Of a DNA stretch of 64,000 nt, positions 37,701 to 59,317 are shown piece after piece. The stretch covers positions 124,001-188,000 of the forward strand of contig JAQGDQ010000267.1 of NCBI GenBank assembly GCA_030141605.1, in the 5' to 3' direction. A program made the position numbers and the translations under genes. Source of the DNA: Tubiluchus corallicola. Taxonomy: Eukaryota > Animalia > Priapulida. Under the pieces are notes generated by a model that worked only from the letters and a program-made list of their open reading frames with translations, had not been told where the DNA came from and searched no databases. The first letter of the stretch is position 1, and every line of letters starts with the position of its first letter.

Positions 37701-39242
37701 TAAACTGAATGTTATAACGAGGTTCAACTGTAAATGGCTTGAGTAGGTTCTGTTAGGATTGCGCTTAAGAGAAATTTGTGGAAATTGTGGAAATTCTTAT
37801 GGATTTGTTCGTATATCTTTACAAAAAAAACTTTAAAACTTTCACTCTACAGGGTACCATGGCACACAGTTGCCATCCACATTTCCACGGCTTCTGTACC
37901 AAGGCATCTCGTCATGCTTTCACTTAACGCCAGTGTGGTAGGACTGTGTGGTGTACCGGAAGACAGCATGATAACAGTAAAAGATCAGTCTATGCCAAAA
38001 TTTCTGCGTCAGACACCTATCTGTCATTGCTACGGTTTTGGTAAGAGATGCTCTGAGACATTTGCCACACAATATAAAAACATCCCAATACTTTTTATGT
38101 GAAATTACAATAGGAAATAGTTTTGCAGAGTGTTGTTTAAGCTTGTAAGGAATGTTGTTGTTTGTACACACAATATAAAAACATCCCAATACTTTTTATG
38201 TGAAATTACAATAGGAAATAGTTTTGCAGAGTGTTGTTTAAGCTTGTAAGGAATGTTGTTGTTTGTACTTGGTGTGAAATAGGCTTAACTCAGATCTTGT
38301 TTAACTCGGTTTTGCTGTCAAGTCAGTTATTTAAGTACTGCTGTGTCTCTGATCTATGCATATATTATGTGATTTACTTTCATAGTAAAGTTGACTGTAA
38401 TAGTGTAGAAATTCATGCAAACAGAGCTGCCATATGTTGTTGAATGTAATAATGAATTGCCATTGTTTTCAGGCATAGTACGTAGCATTGATCCAGTTCA
38501 GAAAATCTTCTACATCATAACTCCGTTGTCGCTAAACCAGCTGTACAATGTAAATGCATTTATTAAAGGTGTGCTGGAAATCCCAGAATGTGTCATGGTT
38601 AATCAGGTAAATGTCTTTTAGTGCATTGTCAACTTTGTTATGCGCTAACAGCAGAAATTAAAGTAGAGTCACATACTAGATGTGTTGAAATAATCAAGTC
38701 AGGAAGGGAACCTAGCTATGCATCAGACTAACACACTTCTATTTTATTTTCTGTGCCCACTGAACTAGTGCCATAATTCGTTTTAATTTTCTATAATTTC
38801 CAAAGGACAGGATGCACCATACATACATGTTCTGCTGTTATTGTTCTATAGATTCTTCCAACTTTCAAATCACTGTACTTGTAAAATGTTATAATCTGCT
38901 CTTTCTCATTTGCAAAATACTAAAATGCAAAATTTCAAAATACAAAATATGCAAATTGCAAAATTATGCAATGCGCCACAATCTATAGTCCACAGGCATT
39001 AGTTCCTTTGACAGCTTTCAAAAATGCCAAGACTTACTGATTTTGGAATTTTACGGATTTTGTGTGTAACACCTACCGTGAAATGATTGACTTTTTCTGA
39101 CTAGAATTGCCCGGGCGAGATTCCGTACGTTCAGACTACAACTGCTCCCACCATGGTCGCTGGAGACAGACCTGTACAAAGACCAAGGACAGTATGGGCT
39201 AGGAAGAGATGTCGAATGCAGTCAGCAGACTTCTCTGAATAA
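26356..39242 (+). CDS. NOL9: Polynucleotide 5'-hydroxyl kinase NOL9/Grc3 (Clp1 family), 12 coding exons, ~1353 aa
   Basis: Phase-consistent GT-AG exons: 26356-28715, 30498-30698, 30820-30949, 31818-32034, 33267-33360, 34069-34169, 34565-34741, 35911-36115, 37212-37328, 37853-38040, 38473-38606, 39105-39242 (4062 nt). Motifs include Walker A VCGGKNVGKST, YLECDVGQTEFTP, GPPFTH, PLIVNTMGW, LNASVVGL and GFGIVRSID...YIITP. Confidence 0.9.
32810..33170. repeat. Degenerate (CATT)n microsatellite in a NOL9 intron
   Basis: TTCATTCATTCATTCG-type tetramers. Confidence 0.7.
36643..37138. mobile_element. pogo/Tigger-derived MITE, TA-flanked
   Basis: 26-bp TIRs CAGTGGCCGCCGCTTATT(A/G)TGGACAC with 1 mismatch, TA on both sides, and internal CCGCTTAATATGGACA subrepeats. 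Confidence 0.9.
37547..37730. mobile_element. pogo/Tigger-type MITE (family A), second copy
   Basis: TA-CAGTCAAACCTC...GAGGTTCAACTG-TA; homologous to 20283-20471. Confidence 0.75.
38066..38268. repeat. Near-perfect 101-bp tandem duplication in a NOL9 intron
   Basis: ACACAATATAAAAACATCCC...GTTTGTAC occurs at 38067 and again at 38168. Confidence 0.9.
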
Positions 39243-42200
39243 CAGCAAATACTACCTGGCAAACCATGCAGAATGTTGAATGGAAAGAATGCTAATTGCA
39301 TTATTTACAAGATTAAAAAAGCTGTACGCTTACTTGTTTTTTAAGACGTTTAAGTTTTTTTTATTATTTCGAATTTATAAAATGCGGAGAAGTACAATAG
39401 AAATATTTTTATACAAATTGCAAAGTTATTACTCAGTAACAGTTTTGTTTTACTATTTCAGTTTTTGAAACTCTTATCGATTACATTAATTTTATCAAAT
39501 ACTTAATAAGATTAGCAAGTGTGTGGTATCTTGCTGTATAGTGAAAATCAATTAGTACGGGTACAGATAATGCATTATTTATTAAACTAAAGCCACAAAC
39601 TGCTGTATCTAATACATGTAGTAGATAATTCTAATTACTATGTAATGTTACTATAGTCTCTCAAATACTGTCACTCAGACTTGTTTTGATGTTATTGCAT
39701 AAGTTGATAATGAATTATATTAATAAACTAAGTAAAAACGTAGTTATAATTTACAAATAATAATAATGATCAGTTTTGACACATTGTGTTTATGCTTGTC
39801 TTTACTGAATACTATGCAAGTTTTCCTCTAGATGAGCTGAAGATGCAGGCTGCAGCATTATTCAAATAATACATACTTTGACGGCAATACATCAATGTAT
39901 TGTTGCCATCAGCATTCTCAAGGCTGTAGGCCAATGGAATAATGCCGCTAGTGACAATCCCAAGGGGTTATAAAGGGATTGTTATCCTAAAAAACAAGGC
40001 TATTATTTGTTATATTACACCACTTGCAGTACCAAATTATTATTGACCGACCATTTTAAAATAGGCATTCCTTTTGAAATTTGTTTTGACAAATTGCAGA
40101 ATATATTAGAAATGTGCGTGTGCTACGAAAGTGCTATTGCTCATTTTTACAGCCTGGTTTGGAACAGTAAGACAACATTTTACGCAATAGCAAATCTATT
40201 TTCGAACACCTGACACTAATTTGACAAATTGCATAATTTATTATAAAACTGGTGTATAATAATTTCAAATAAAAGTGTAAGTGAACAGGACAATCCAATT
40301 CTCCACGGATAAAAATGCTTTCTCTAAAATTAGATCAGAGTTTGTCATTAGTACAGTAAAATATACCAAATCATCTCTGCTTGCAGTAGCATTGGATTTT
40401 ACAATGTACATGAGTAAAGAACGAACTATGAAAAAAATGCAAACAAAATAAAAACAATGTTTTTAACATTATAATAAACTTATTCCTAGTTATAATAAAA
40501 GACTCAAAAACTGGTTGTGATATAAATGTCTTAGTCAGTTACATTTAAAATAAGTTAGCCAAGTATCAACAGTTTTGCAAAAAAATGAGATTTGCTTTTT
40601 GGAACTGATGGATGTTCAAGGAAAACAAAATTCATTTTCATTTCTTTGCATCCAACAAGATTTTAACCACAGAATTACACTAAATAGTACTTAAATTTAA
40701 TATAAGGCATTAAGTTTATGTGACATACATAATTAAAATTTAACAGTGTATTAATATTTGGCCCTACTAATTTTACAAACATAAATTTATTGAACTGAAT
40801 TGACAAGCTCTAGCTTAGCTTTTCTATTTGAGTAAACATTACCTTATGAAAAACCTCTGCAGTTTATGTCTATCTAAGTTACATAATTACTTAACTTCAT
40901 CTATATAATGAGTATAAATTAAGATTTTCAGTTTGTGTAATACAATTATGGTAAATAAATACATACACTTATAAACTACTTTCTGACTTTATACACTTAT
41001 GCGTTTTCCAAAGGCATGCGTAAAATGTTCGTAGTGCTTTCATTATGTACTTGCAATTGTTTAGACAAAAGCATATAATTTCTGAAAGAATCAATTTCAC
41101 TTGTAATGTTATAAATTTTTTTTAATATGTTGCTTTGAAATAGATTATCGAGATACTTTTAAAAAATTTTGTGAGATTTTTCCAGTACTTTCTAAAATCT
41201 GTTTTCCACTGAATCATGCTTCTCACAAAATAATGCACAACATAAAAGTTGCAAAGTATTTTTCCTGAATAAAAATGCTAAAAGAATTATTAAAAGCATA
41301 CAAGCTTCTATTAGTTTAATAATAATTTTAGTAGTTAGCGACACAAATGATGTAAACAATTTCATGTTAGAAATAGTAGGTTATGCATAAACTGGTATGT
41401 GTCACCTATTAACAGGAAAAAGAAAGGATTGTAAGCTAGCAATCTTCAAGGCTGGACCAACATTGCCAATTTATGGCTGTTTAATAATAGAAATGTATTA
41501 GCTTATTATTAGATTTTCCTGTAAAGGCAAATAGAACAATAATGGCAGCTGTTATGCTCTGTGAACGAATTCTGGAACAACGGTGGGGTGGTACATCATG
41601 CATATCTTACTAAAAATGTTTAATCTGGATGCTATGGTATATGCTCTCTGGGAAGGATCTTAAAAAAACTAAATGCAAAGCACATTTTTTTGCATTTAAT
41701 TTGCTAGCATGTTTATGATACCAACAATTATCATGATATTGTCGACTCGAGAGTACTAGGAAATCCCACAAAATTAATCATACTTTTAAATAAACATCAC
41801 TTATACGAATTATTTTTGCAGTCTAAGAGATATCAAACAAAATAAATCAGTTTTCAACATTCATCCGACCACCTATTTCTCTTAAAAGCAAGCTCAACAA
41901 CCCTTTTATTTGCAACTGCACTGTATTTTATTCGAAAAATTTGTAGATCAAACATTCTTGAAAATTTAAAGCAATCTTATAAGAAACCAGTAATTCAAAG
42001 TAAAGTAAACCAATTTTCACTTTTATATTCAACTTTTTATAAATGATACTAGAGTCAATCTTTTAACATTGAGTTTAGGATTGTTCCCATAAAGTCAAAA
42101 TCAAAATAGTCTGCCATGGAACGTACATTTAAACTTGCAGTGTTTTTGCTCGTCACAGTGCATCTGTTCTAAACAAATTTTTCTTATTCAGTAGAAATAT

Positions 42201-42374
42201 TTTAAAATTATCAACAACGTACACTGACATTCTTAAAACAAACTTTTGTAATTATTGCACACATCATTACAGCTTTTGTATCCATGATTATAAACGAATG
42301 AGCACATTGAACAGCTGCTAGAGTACCTTGCTTACAAATCTAACTAACTACAATAAAAATAACTATGCAAAAAG

Positions 42375-51019
<8,645 letters not shown>

Positions 51020-54000
51020 TACGACTAACGGTCTGACATGAAGATTGTGATTTGATTATGATGCTTTACATTTCACTTTCTTTTGCTTTTCTGGTACTAC
51101 AAAAATTTTATGTGACTTATAAAAATCAGGATACTTGATAAACATACATGGTTGTTTACAGCTTAGAAGGTTCATGCAGATTAACATACAAATTGCACCA
51201 AAACCCAGACAACTTCTAAACTGTAATAACATCAAATATATAACTAATAGCAACATAATGCAGTCGGGTTTTATATTTAATGACCAGTAATAACTTTACA
51301 GTGGACAGATGGCACCACAATGCAACAGCTCACATCTTACGCCCTTACTTTACAAACTGTTTGGTCACAAATGTGTTACAGTAGAAAATGGTACAAATAC
51401 CAAAGCTTTGCTTCGTAATTTGCAACACAAGAGTTGACACGCAGTTTAAGCAAAATATGCTAGATGTAGGTGAAAGGCTTAGTTACTGACAACTCGCAAC
51501 GTTTGACAAAGGACTAGCAAAGGTTGGAACTAAATGTGGCCGCAAAACATTTAGAGGCCGTCAAGCATCTGACAAAGGCCTACAGTCAAAGGGGTCCTTG
51601 TAAATGACGTGCATTTTAAGATCAAAAGTAAAGGAAGCCTTATTGCTAAACTTTATTGCTAATTGTTTAAAAGGAAGTGTATATTGTTCCGAGGAACGGA
51701 ATTCTGAATTTGCAAGATGCTCTTCCGTTCATCAGAACTGCGACTTTGCTGTGTTCAAGTTCCGATCATTGAATTTTCTAGTATTCTTTCGATAATGGAA
51801 ACCATTTGGCTACACTAATATACTGCACTCATTGTGCAACATCCCTATTGTTTCAAAGAACGTATGTACCCACAAATTGTGAGAGTATTTTTGTACAAAA
51901 AAGCCACTAGGTATAATTTTTTTAAAACTGAATTAAAATAATGTCTGGCATGAAAACATTTGAAATTTGTGTAGCTATACCAGCTTTTCTTATACCTGAC
52001 AAAGTATAGTAAAGCACTTTTTAAACTTACTCCACCCCTCACCTGAAAATAGAAGTACCCAACCGCTGTGCCAGACAAAGGCAGCATTGCTGGGAGAAAA
52101 TCGTCTGGGAACAGAACATTAAGAAACGGGTGGGAAGTTTGGGGTCCCAACATTTTATTGTAAATATGCATTTTACAATTTATAACTGGATGAGGTAATG
52201 ACAAAACACAGTGAGAACCACAAAGGTTTTATTTAGTGCAATATAAACAAAGTTCAAATGTAATTTTATTTAAAAATATGTTTATTTAGTTTCACTATGC
52301 CTGTACAAGGACAAGAATGAAAGATATGATTTTTACTTGAAGTTTTAGTCCTTCCACATCACTGTGTAATGCAATGTGTTGCAACCAGTCATTCAAGCAA
52401 TTGTCCAATGACAAGAGAACAGAAAAGCTTTGATCAGTAGTCTGACTAATTCATACCAGCAACAAAAACAGCCAAAAATTGGTGAAAACAATGAAACTCT
52501 TTTTACCTATGCAATTTCAAGATGAAGGTTAATAAAAAACAGAAGACTAATTGAACATCGTAATTTCAAGGTGTTGATGATTTTGTAGTAAAAGAGAGTA
52601 ATGTTTTTTATCACATGCACATTGACCGAGAGGATTTATCATATAATCCTCACACCTGGTTATTATTATTCTTAATTGTAGTTGATTATTATCCGCTCTT
52701 GCCGATAATAAAAATGTGATTTTATTACAAAGGATTATTACAAAACCGATTTCTGTGATATCAAAAGCACACTTAGCCAGCATTATTATTTCATATTGCC
52801 TCATTGTTGTTTGGTTATCAGATGTCAGGCCACCCACAAACAGTGACCGCAAACTCGCAGCACAGTCAGGCACAATTTTGTTGCAACTAGCAGAGCCAGA
52901 GAGCCACAGCATTTGCTACATGCATGCTAAAACTTAACTGAAGTCACTGAAGGTGGAGCTATGCAAGCTTGATATTTGACAGTGTTTAATTTAGTATTGA
53001 CGTCCACAATGTTAAAAAGTTTCGTTTTTCAATTTTTGTACTTCAAGCTATTCTTTTAGATATCCACTGTGCTTAAATTCCTTTGATGGTTCTCAGAACA
53101 CTAGCACTTCTCTCTTCACCACTAAGGTCGGTAAAGTTTGGAAAACGTCAGCTAATTAACTGATTATTGGAAATTTCCTGTGGTTCCGATCATCGGAACA
53201 ATATCCACTTTCTATTTAAAATCGTTTTGGTGCAGTTAATTGACAATTTGTTTGATCACTTTTATCCAGCTATCGGCCTGTGTTACTTCTCTGGTAGTAC
53301 GGTCCCCCATATCGAACAATCGATACTATAAAGGCTTACAAGTCGTCAGCAAAAAATATGTATGCATGTGTGGAGACTAGTTAACAACAAGTAATGTAAG
53401 TAAGTAAGCAAGTAAATAATTTATTTATCACCTTTTGTAAAAAAGAACATGTAACAATAAAATAACTGAATACAAGGGGTGGTGATGATTTAAAATTATT
53501 CTAGTAAAATAAAATTATAAAATATAAATTATAATGTTGGTTGGTGAATAGGTGGCGAAAGAACTGAAACGTTATCGGGTTAGCCACCTACATAGCCCTA
53601 TACGTATGGTCGTTAAAGTTAATAAGAAAACCAGTGGCATGAGATCTTGTTTAAATTTACACGGTAGTGAATTCACAGTAGTCAAAACAGTATATAGATT
53701 ATTACTTAGTTACTATAAAATGCCAGTATCACCATTCAGTGTAGAATCTGATTAATTAAAGCACAACTTTAAAAGAAAAAAACTGAAAAGCGCATTTCCA
53801 TTTCAAAGCATACTATTTGATAAAAAAGAGAAAATGGGTCACTTACCTAAATTCAATTTATTTTTCCAGTTTTTCGCAATCTGTAATCACCTCATCTACA
53901 GCAGAAAACTTCTAGAATAACGCCCATCTGTTAGTGGAGAATTACTTTTTCATGTACGTTAACTGACCAATCAAAAATAGGTTTGCAAAGGCGATGCTTA

Positions 54001-54240
54001 GTAAACAATAATGGCTGCGTGCACGTGTTTTGTTTTTGCGCGATTGTTTCTTGCTCTATATCAATTGTAGTCAGTATGGTAAGGAGTTATAAACAATGGA
54101 AAGCACAAGTCGAATACAAACAGGAGGTAAAAACGAGCATTTATAATTACAGTATGATAAATGTAATTCAAAATTTGCTTTTGAATTTGAATTGGAGTTT
54201 TACATAGTCCTTGTTGTTTACCGTACTACTGAGTACTATA

Positions 54241-55004
54241 GGGCGCCGAGTAACCCACTAGCCGAAGTAGGACACTTCCGGCAAAACGCATGTGCTAAAT
54301 TTGGGGAAAAGCAGTGTCGTACATGGGCAGCCCAAGTAGGACACTAGTGATTTCTGTCGAAAATCAAGATTTATGACATACAAAAACATAAAAATTTAAA
54401 ATAAATTTGTTTTAGAAAAAAGTAACTTTATAATAATGATGGATAGTCCTTGACAATTTACAAATGTATTTTTTACAACAATATCATCATTATTATTAGC
54501 TCCATTAATATCATCATAACATTAAACTAAGTATCTAATGCTTTAAAGAGGGAAACTATGTAGGGCACATTAACTCGCTAACCCGTGTACTTAGTAGAAA
54601 ACAATTATTTGTCCTAGAGGGAGTGAAAAGGATCACCTGTCTGTGAAACAAAACAAAATAGAAAATGATATACCTTAAACAAATGTTGGAATCGCCTAAG
54701 GAGTGGGTTTATTTCACTTCAAAAAGATTAATATCGAAGCCAAATTTAATATTGGCCATTTTACTAGCTCAAAATAAGATTCTTTTATTTTATCAGATGT
54801 ATAATAATTGATTCAACGCTATTGATGTTTTTAATTATTATTATTCCATAAACAAGGACAACGGACGGTGCCAGTACGCATAACAACTCAATTTGCGGCC
54901 TGTTTCTAGTGTCCTACTTGGGCAGCCCATATACCACGCGTCCTACTTGGGCTATCCCGTGTACACCAATTGTCCTACTTTGGCTAGTGGGTTACTCGGC
55001 GCCC
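54241..55004 (+). mobile_element. Non-autonomous DNA transposon (family B), copy 2
   Basis: 34-bp TIRs GGGCGCCGAGTAACCCACTAGCC(G/A)AAGTAGGACA; the interior matches 22615-23333 inverted. Confidence 0.85.
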
Positions 55005-58000
55005 AACACTACTACTAGCCTGCGTTCCGCAGTTGCACTAATAGGCATGCCCGAAAATTGCGGAAAACCATTTGGGTATATGGTCAGCCCAAATACCGCA
55101 TTTGGAAGCAAACAGCTCACCAGCTTGCAAACGTAAAACATGCTTTTAACGCTTAGGAAAGGCAAATGTACTAAAAAATTTAATAATCTATGCAGTATTG
55201 CATGCAATATATTTTTTTAGAGGAGGGGAAAGTTAGCACCAATTGTCATGTAATAATGATTTCAAAACTTTGAGACTTGAAAGGTAGATATCTTATTAGC
55301 CTGTATACTGCAGTAAGGCGGTAAATGGTTCATCAGGCCAGCGCATGTACGACAATTAAGCGGCAAGTGGCTTATCAGCCGGTATGTCACACTTATGAGA
55401 AGAAATTGTGTTTGATGAAGAGGTAATGAAACAGATCACCTGCCTATATGTATGTGCCTCATATGAAACGAAGCAACAAAGAATGACGTATATTACTGAA
55501 ATGTTAGATTTGCCTGAAACGCTGACCTGTTTAACCTCAAAACGATTAGCTCACGAATCCAAATGGCTTGGAATAAATAATATTTTTATTTTATTGACTG
55601 TGTAATTTATGTTTAATTAACAATTTAAATTATATTGATGTCTTAAATTATTGTTATTAAATAAACATGGACAACAGATGATGCCATAAGGTAAACTTGC
55701 CCCAGTTTCTGCCGCGTTGTTTGGGCCAGCCCAAGTACAGTGCGCGTTATATGGGCTGGACCACTTACCACCCTGTGCGGATTATGGACTAATCCGTACA
55801 CGGTGCCCAACATAAAGCATAAATATGTATATATAGGCTGTACAAATTTTCATTCATTCATGATAGAGTTTGATCTTTATTCATTGTTTATTTATTGCAT
55901 TATCCCTAATGCTAACTAGCTGAACTAATGAATAGAATTGGTCCCGCCTTGAGGAAAAATTTTCCTGACATTAGAACATTTTTCTCGATTTCGCCCAGTG
56001 AAATTGGCTTTACGCCAACTATATAAAAAAGTATATAAAGTATGTAAAAAATTAGGAAAACATATATGTGATATTCTAAACTATTACTTAGATAGAACTA
56101 TATTTTTTCATGAAGAAAGGTACTTTTCGAGTTTTTTTACTTTTGTCCCCCAGTGTGGCACATTTTTCTTCTTTTATTCTCTAGTTTATTTTTCTTTTTA
56201 AGAGTTACACTTTTCGTGCTTATGAAAAACGGAGGATAGTTGATCGAAAAACATAAAATGGCAGCAGTTACACACATTGTCACGAATGCACCTCTTGTAA
56301 TGTTGTCATCATCATTTCAAGTTGCTGGACAAGCATTTCTTATTCTATTGGAGCAGAAGCACGATGTTTTTCTGAGGTTGCACTCGGTGAACTGGAATTC
56401 CATCTTAAATGCTATGCATTTCTCAAGGTAAGAGTGAGCACATCTCAAATAGTTACTTGTGTCTGTGTGAAATGAATTAATCACATCTATTCCATTCATT
56501 GTAATTAAACAGGTCTTGTTATATAAATTGCAAACTTTATTGTTTAATGTCTCTTTATGTGTGAAGTTCATGAAGGTACCACTAAAGCTACATTGTAGAC
56601 AGGATCATGAACTCTTCAGATTAATACCGCATCCTTCATGACAAGTTTTGCCATTATGTGCCCTACATTAAACTAATGATGAAACATTAATGTGTTCTAA
56701 TATCGGAAAAATATGTTTCTTTTTAGTAAACTGATGGGTGTGCTACTGGTAGTAGTGATTGTTGATATTAACTTATTGATATAAGTAAAGAATCATTGGT
56801 TGACATATTCCCGCACTTTACAAATATTTCTTTATTGACATCAGAAAAATTGAACGGAAAAGAAACATGCAACTCCAGGATTAATTGTCCAGTGAATTCA
56901 GTATTTTCAAGTACATTGATTTTCAGTTTTTTGTATATCACCATGGAAAAAACAAAATGTGTATAACAATTTGGATGAAATCCAGGATTTTTTGTATAGA
57001 TGAAATGACTTGACAAATAAAGGACTGAAAATTGGGAATGACTGAATGAATTACTATAGTGATTATTGTATTAATTATATATATTAACAGTTAATCGAGT
57101 GTCTTAAAGAGGTGGAAGACGAACAGAAATATAGGTGGAACATAGGTAGCAGCACACATTAGTGTGTTACGATTACTAAGGCATTTGTAATTCAGTGATT
57201 TTTACTCTTTCAGAGACCAAAGTGCATTTCAGCCAGGAGATCTGAGATCTGGGAAGCAGTGCAAGCAACCTTTTACGATGTTATGGAAAGTTCCAAAACA
57301 GATGTTTTTTGCATTTTATGGTTTTGCATCCACATTTGGACATTTTTTTGGAACTTAGATTTAGCAGGTTTGTATTACACTAAGTCTTGTTCAAACTCTA
57401 AACTAATATTGTGCTTGCTGCATTTTTGTTATCAAGAGGTATCAGTAAGTGGAAAAATTACAAACTGCAATTCAGTTATTTGTCATGCCCTATGTTATTG
57501 ATGACTCAGATGTAGATCTTAGATTCACAAGTTGGCTGAAAAGCCTTGCTATCTTGGTCCAGGGTGTTTACCCAATATGTGTTTACCCAAAAACTGTCGT
57601 CTGACTCTTTTCTAACTTTTGCTGATATGCTTCAACTATGCCAACATTTGCCTGCTCATTAATCAAACTTTTCTTATGTTACGATTTTTTGACTGCTGAG
57701 GGTTTCGGCTGTCTTGTGTTGGCTCTCTTATGTTATGATGACTGTTTGTGATAATTATTATTCTTTTTAACGTATTACAATCTTGCAACTGTTGCATTTG
57801 TGATTGTCTCTGTTTGAGATTTTCACCACTCTTTGCAATTCTTTGTGACAGCTTTTTAATCTTCGCAGATTCTTTGTATTCTTTAGAACTATGTAATTTT
57901 TTGCTATTGCAATGTATCATGTGTGCTTGTTTGTAATTGTTTGCAAGACTTTTTTACTCTTCGCAATGTTCTGTTTGTAAATATTTGCCTTCTTCTTAAT

Positions 58001-58876
58001 TGCCTTCAGTAGTTCCTTTAGAGTGTTTTAGATGCTTTACGCCATTTGCCATCTTCTTAGGTAATGGTTAGAATGGAGTATGTCCATCTTGTCGAAAACT
58101 GTTGCCATGATGTCTCATCCCAGGTAATCTGGCTGCAGTGCATGTGCTTAGATCATTATTGTGGTATGTTTTGTAGCCTTTTTTTATAATAAAATATTTA
58201 TATTAAAAATAATAATATTAATGTTAATTTAGCTCTAACATTAGCTATGTTTTAGATTTCTAAACCCAGTTTTAGCCCAGTTAAGTAAATAATACCAAGT
58301 ATTACTCACTCGGTCCACAACTTTTATTCTGTTGACTAACTAATAAAAATATGTACATTGTTTGCAACTTTAAAATTTCTTAAGTTCTGCCACCTAGTAA
58401 CCCATGAACCATTGCAAGTAGGGCTACTACTTTTTTTAGAAGCGATGCTCCTCTTTTTTTGGCTTCAGGTTTTGTATACAAGTCTGTAGTGTTTTTTCTT
58501 CTTGCTAGATGGCAAAATAATGAAATTCCAATTACTTTCTTTGGTGGTTCTTAGCTGTCACTTTCCACACCCACTTTTCTTCTCATTTCTTGCCTTTGCC
58601 CTATTTCTCCAATTAAACCCTGTTCTAATTTGAAACTGCAGACATGCAAGATAAGTCAAACAAGAGTAATAAATAAAGTAGTATGATATAATTACTTTCT
58701 GTGACATGGACCAATTTAAACATAGATAGCAAGACACAGGATATCAGGTATCATATTAATATTATATCATAAAATTGGAACACATCATAAGATCAACACA
58801 TGTCAACTGTTTTTGTAATACAATTAAATATTGAAGAAATTTTTGTTTGCCAGAAAAACATACTGCCAACATGAAT

Positions 58877-59251
58877 TCACACTTCTGAAAGGCACTGTCC
58901 CAACAATGCAGCATTCGTTGCAACTAAGCACATCGTCGAAATGTACGGCCGGTCAAACTGCATAAACAACATGGATACTGCCAGACAAAGCATTGGGATG
59001 AAAAATAAGCTTTTCAGCGTAATCAACAATGTAGCAAATGTTATGCAGAACATTGGCATGGTATACTGGCTGCTTATTCGCCATAGGAATAATGTGATTG
59101 TCAAGCCTACTAAAGTAAAGGAATATATGTTTTGTAAGAACACTAAATATATCGTGCATCCCAGTGTCAGTAGAAAGGCAGCAGTCTCTACCATTAATAT
59201 ATGGCTGACTTCGATTAGGTCCTCGTCGCTCTCCTTCCCTGTTAGATGCAT
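58877..59251 (-). CDS. Small multi-pass membrane ORF (124 aa): alternative C-terminus of the rhodanese gene or a downstream cistron
   Basis: Several hydrophobic stretches and a CAAAATG start context. It begins 66 nt after the rhodanese stop and is in phase with an AG at 59257-59258. Confidence 0.5.
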   Translation of the reverse strand: MHLTGKESDEDLIEVSHILMVETAAFLLTLGCTIYLVFLQNIYSFTLVGLTITLFLWRISSQYTMPMFCITFATLLITLKSLFFIPMLCLAVSMLFMQFDRPYISTMCLVATNAALLGQCLSEV

Positions 59252-59317
59252 TTTGGCTGATTTTTAAGATGGCCGTTCAATCAAAAATAATAATTAGTTA
59301 ACTGCTGAATGCTTCAG

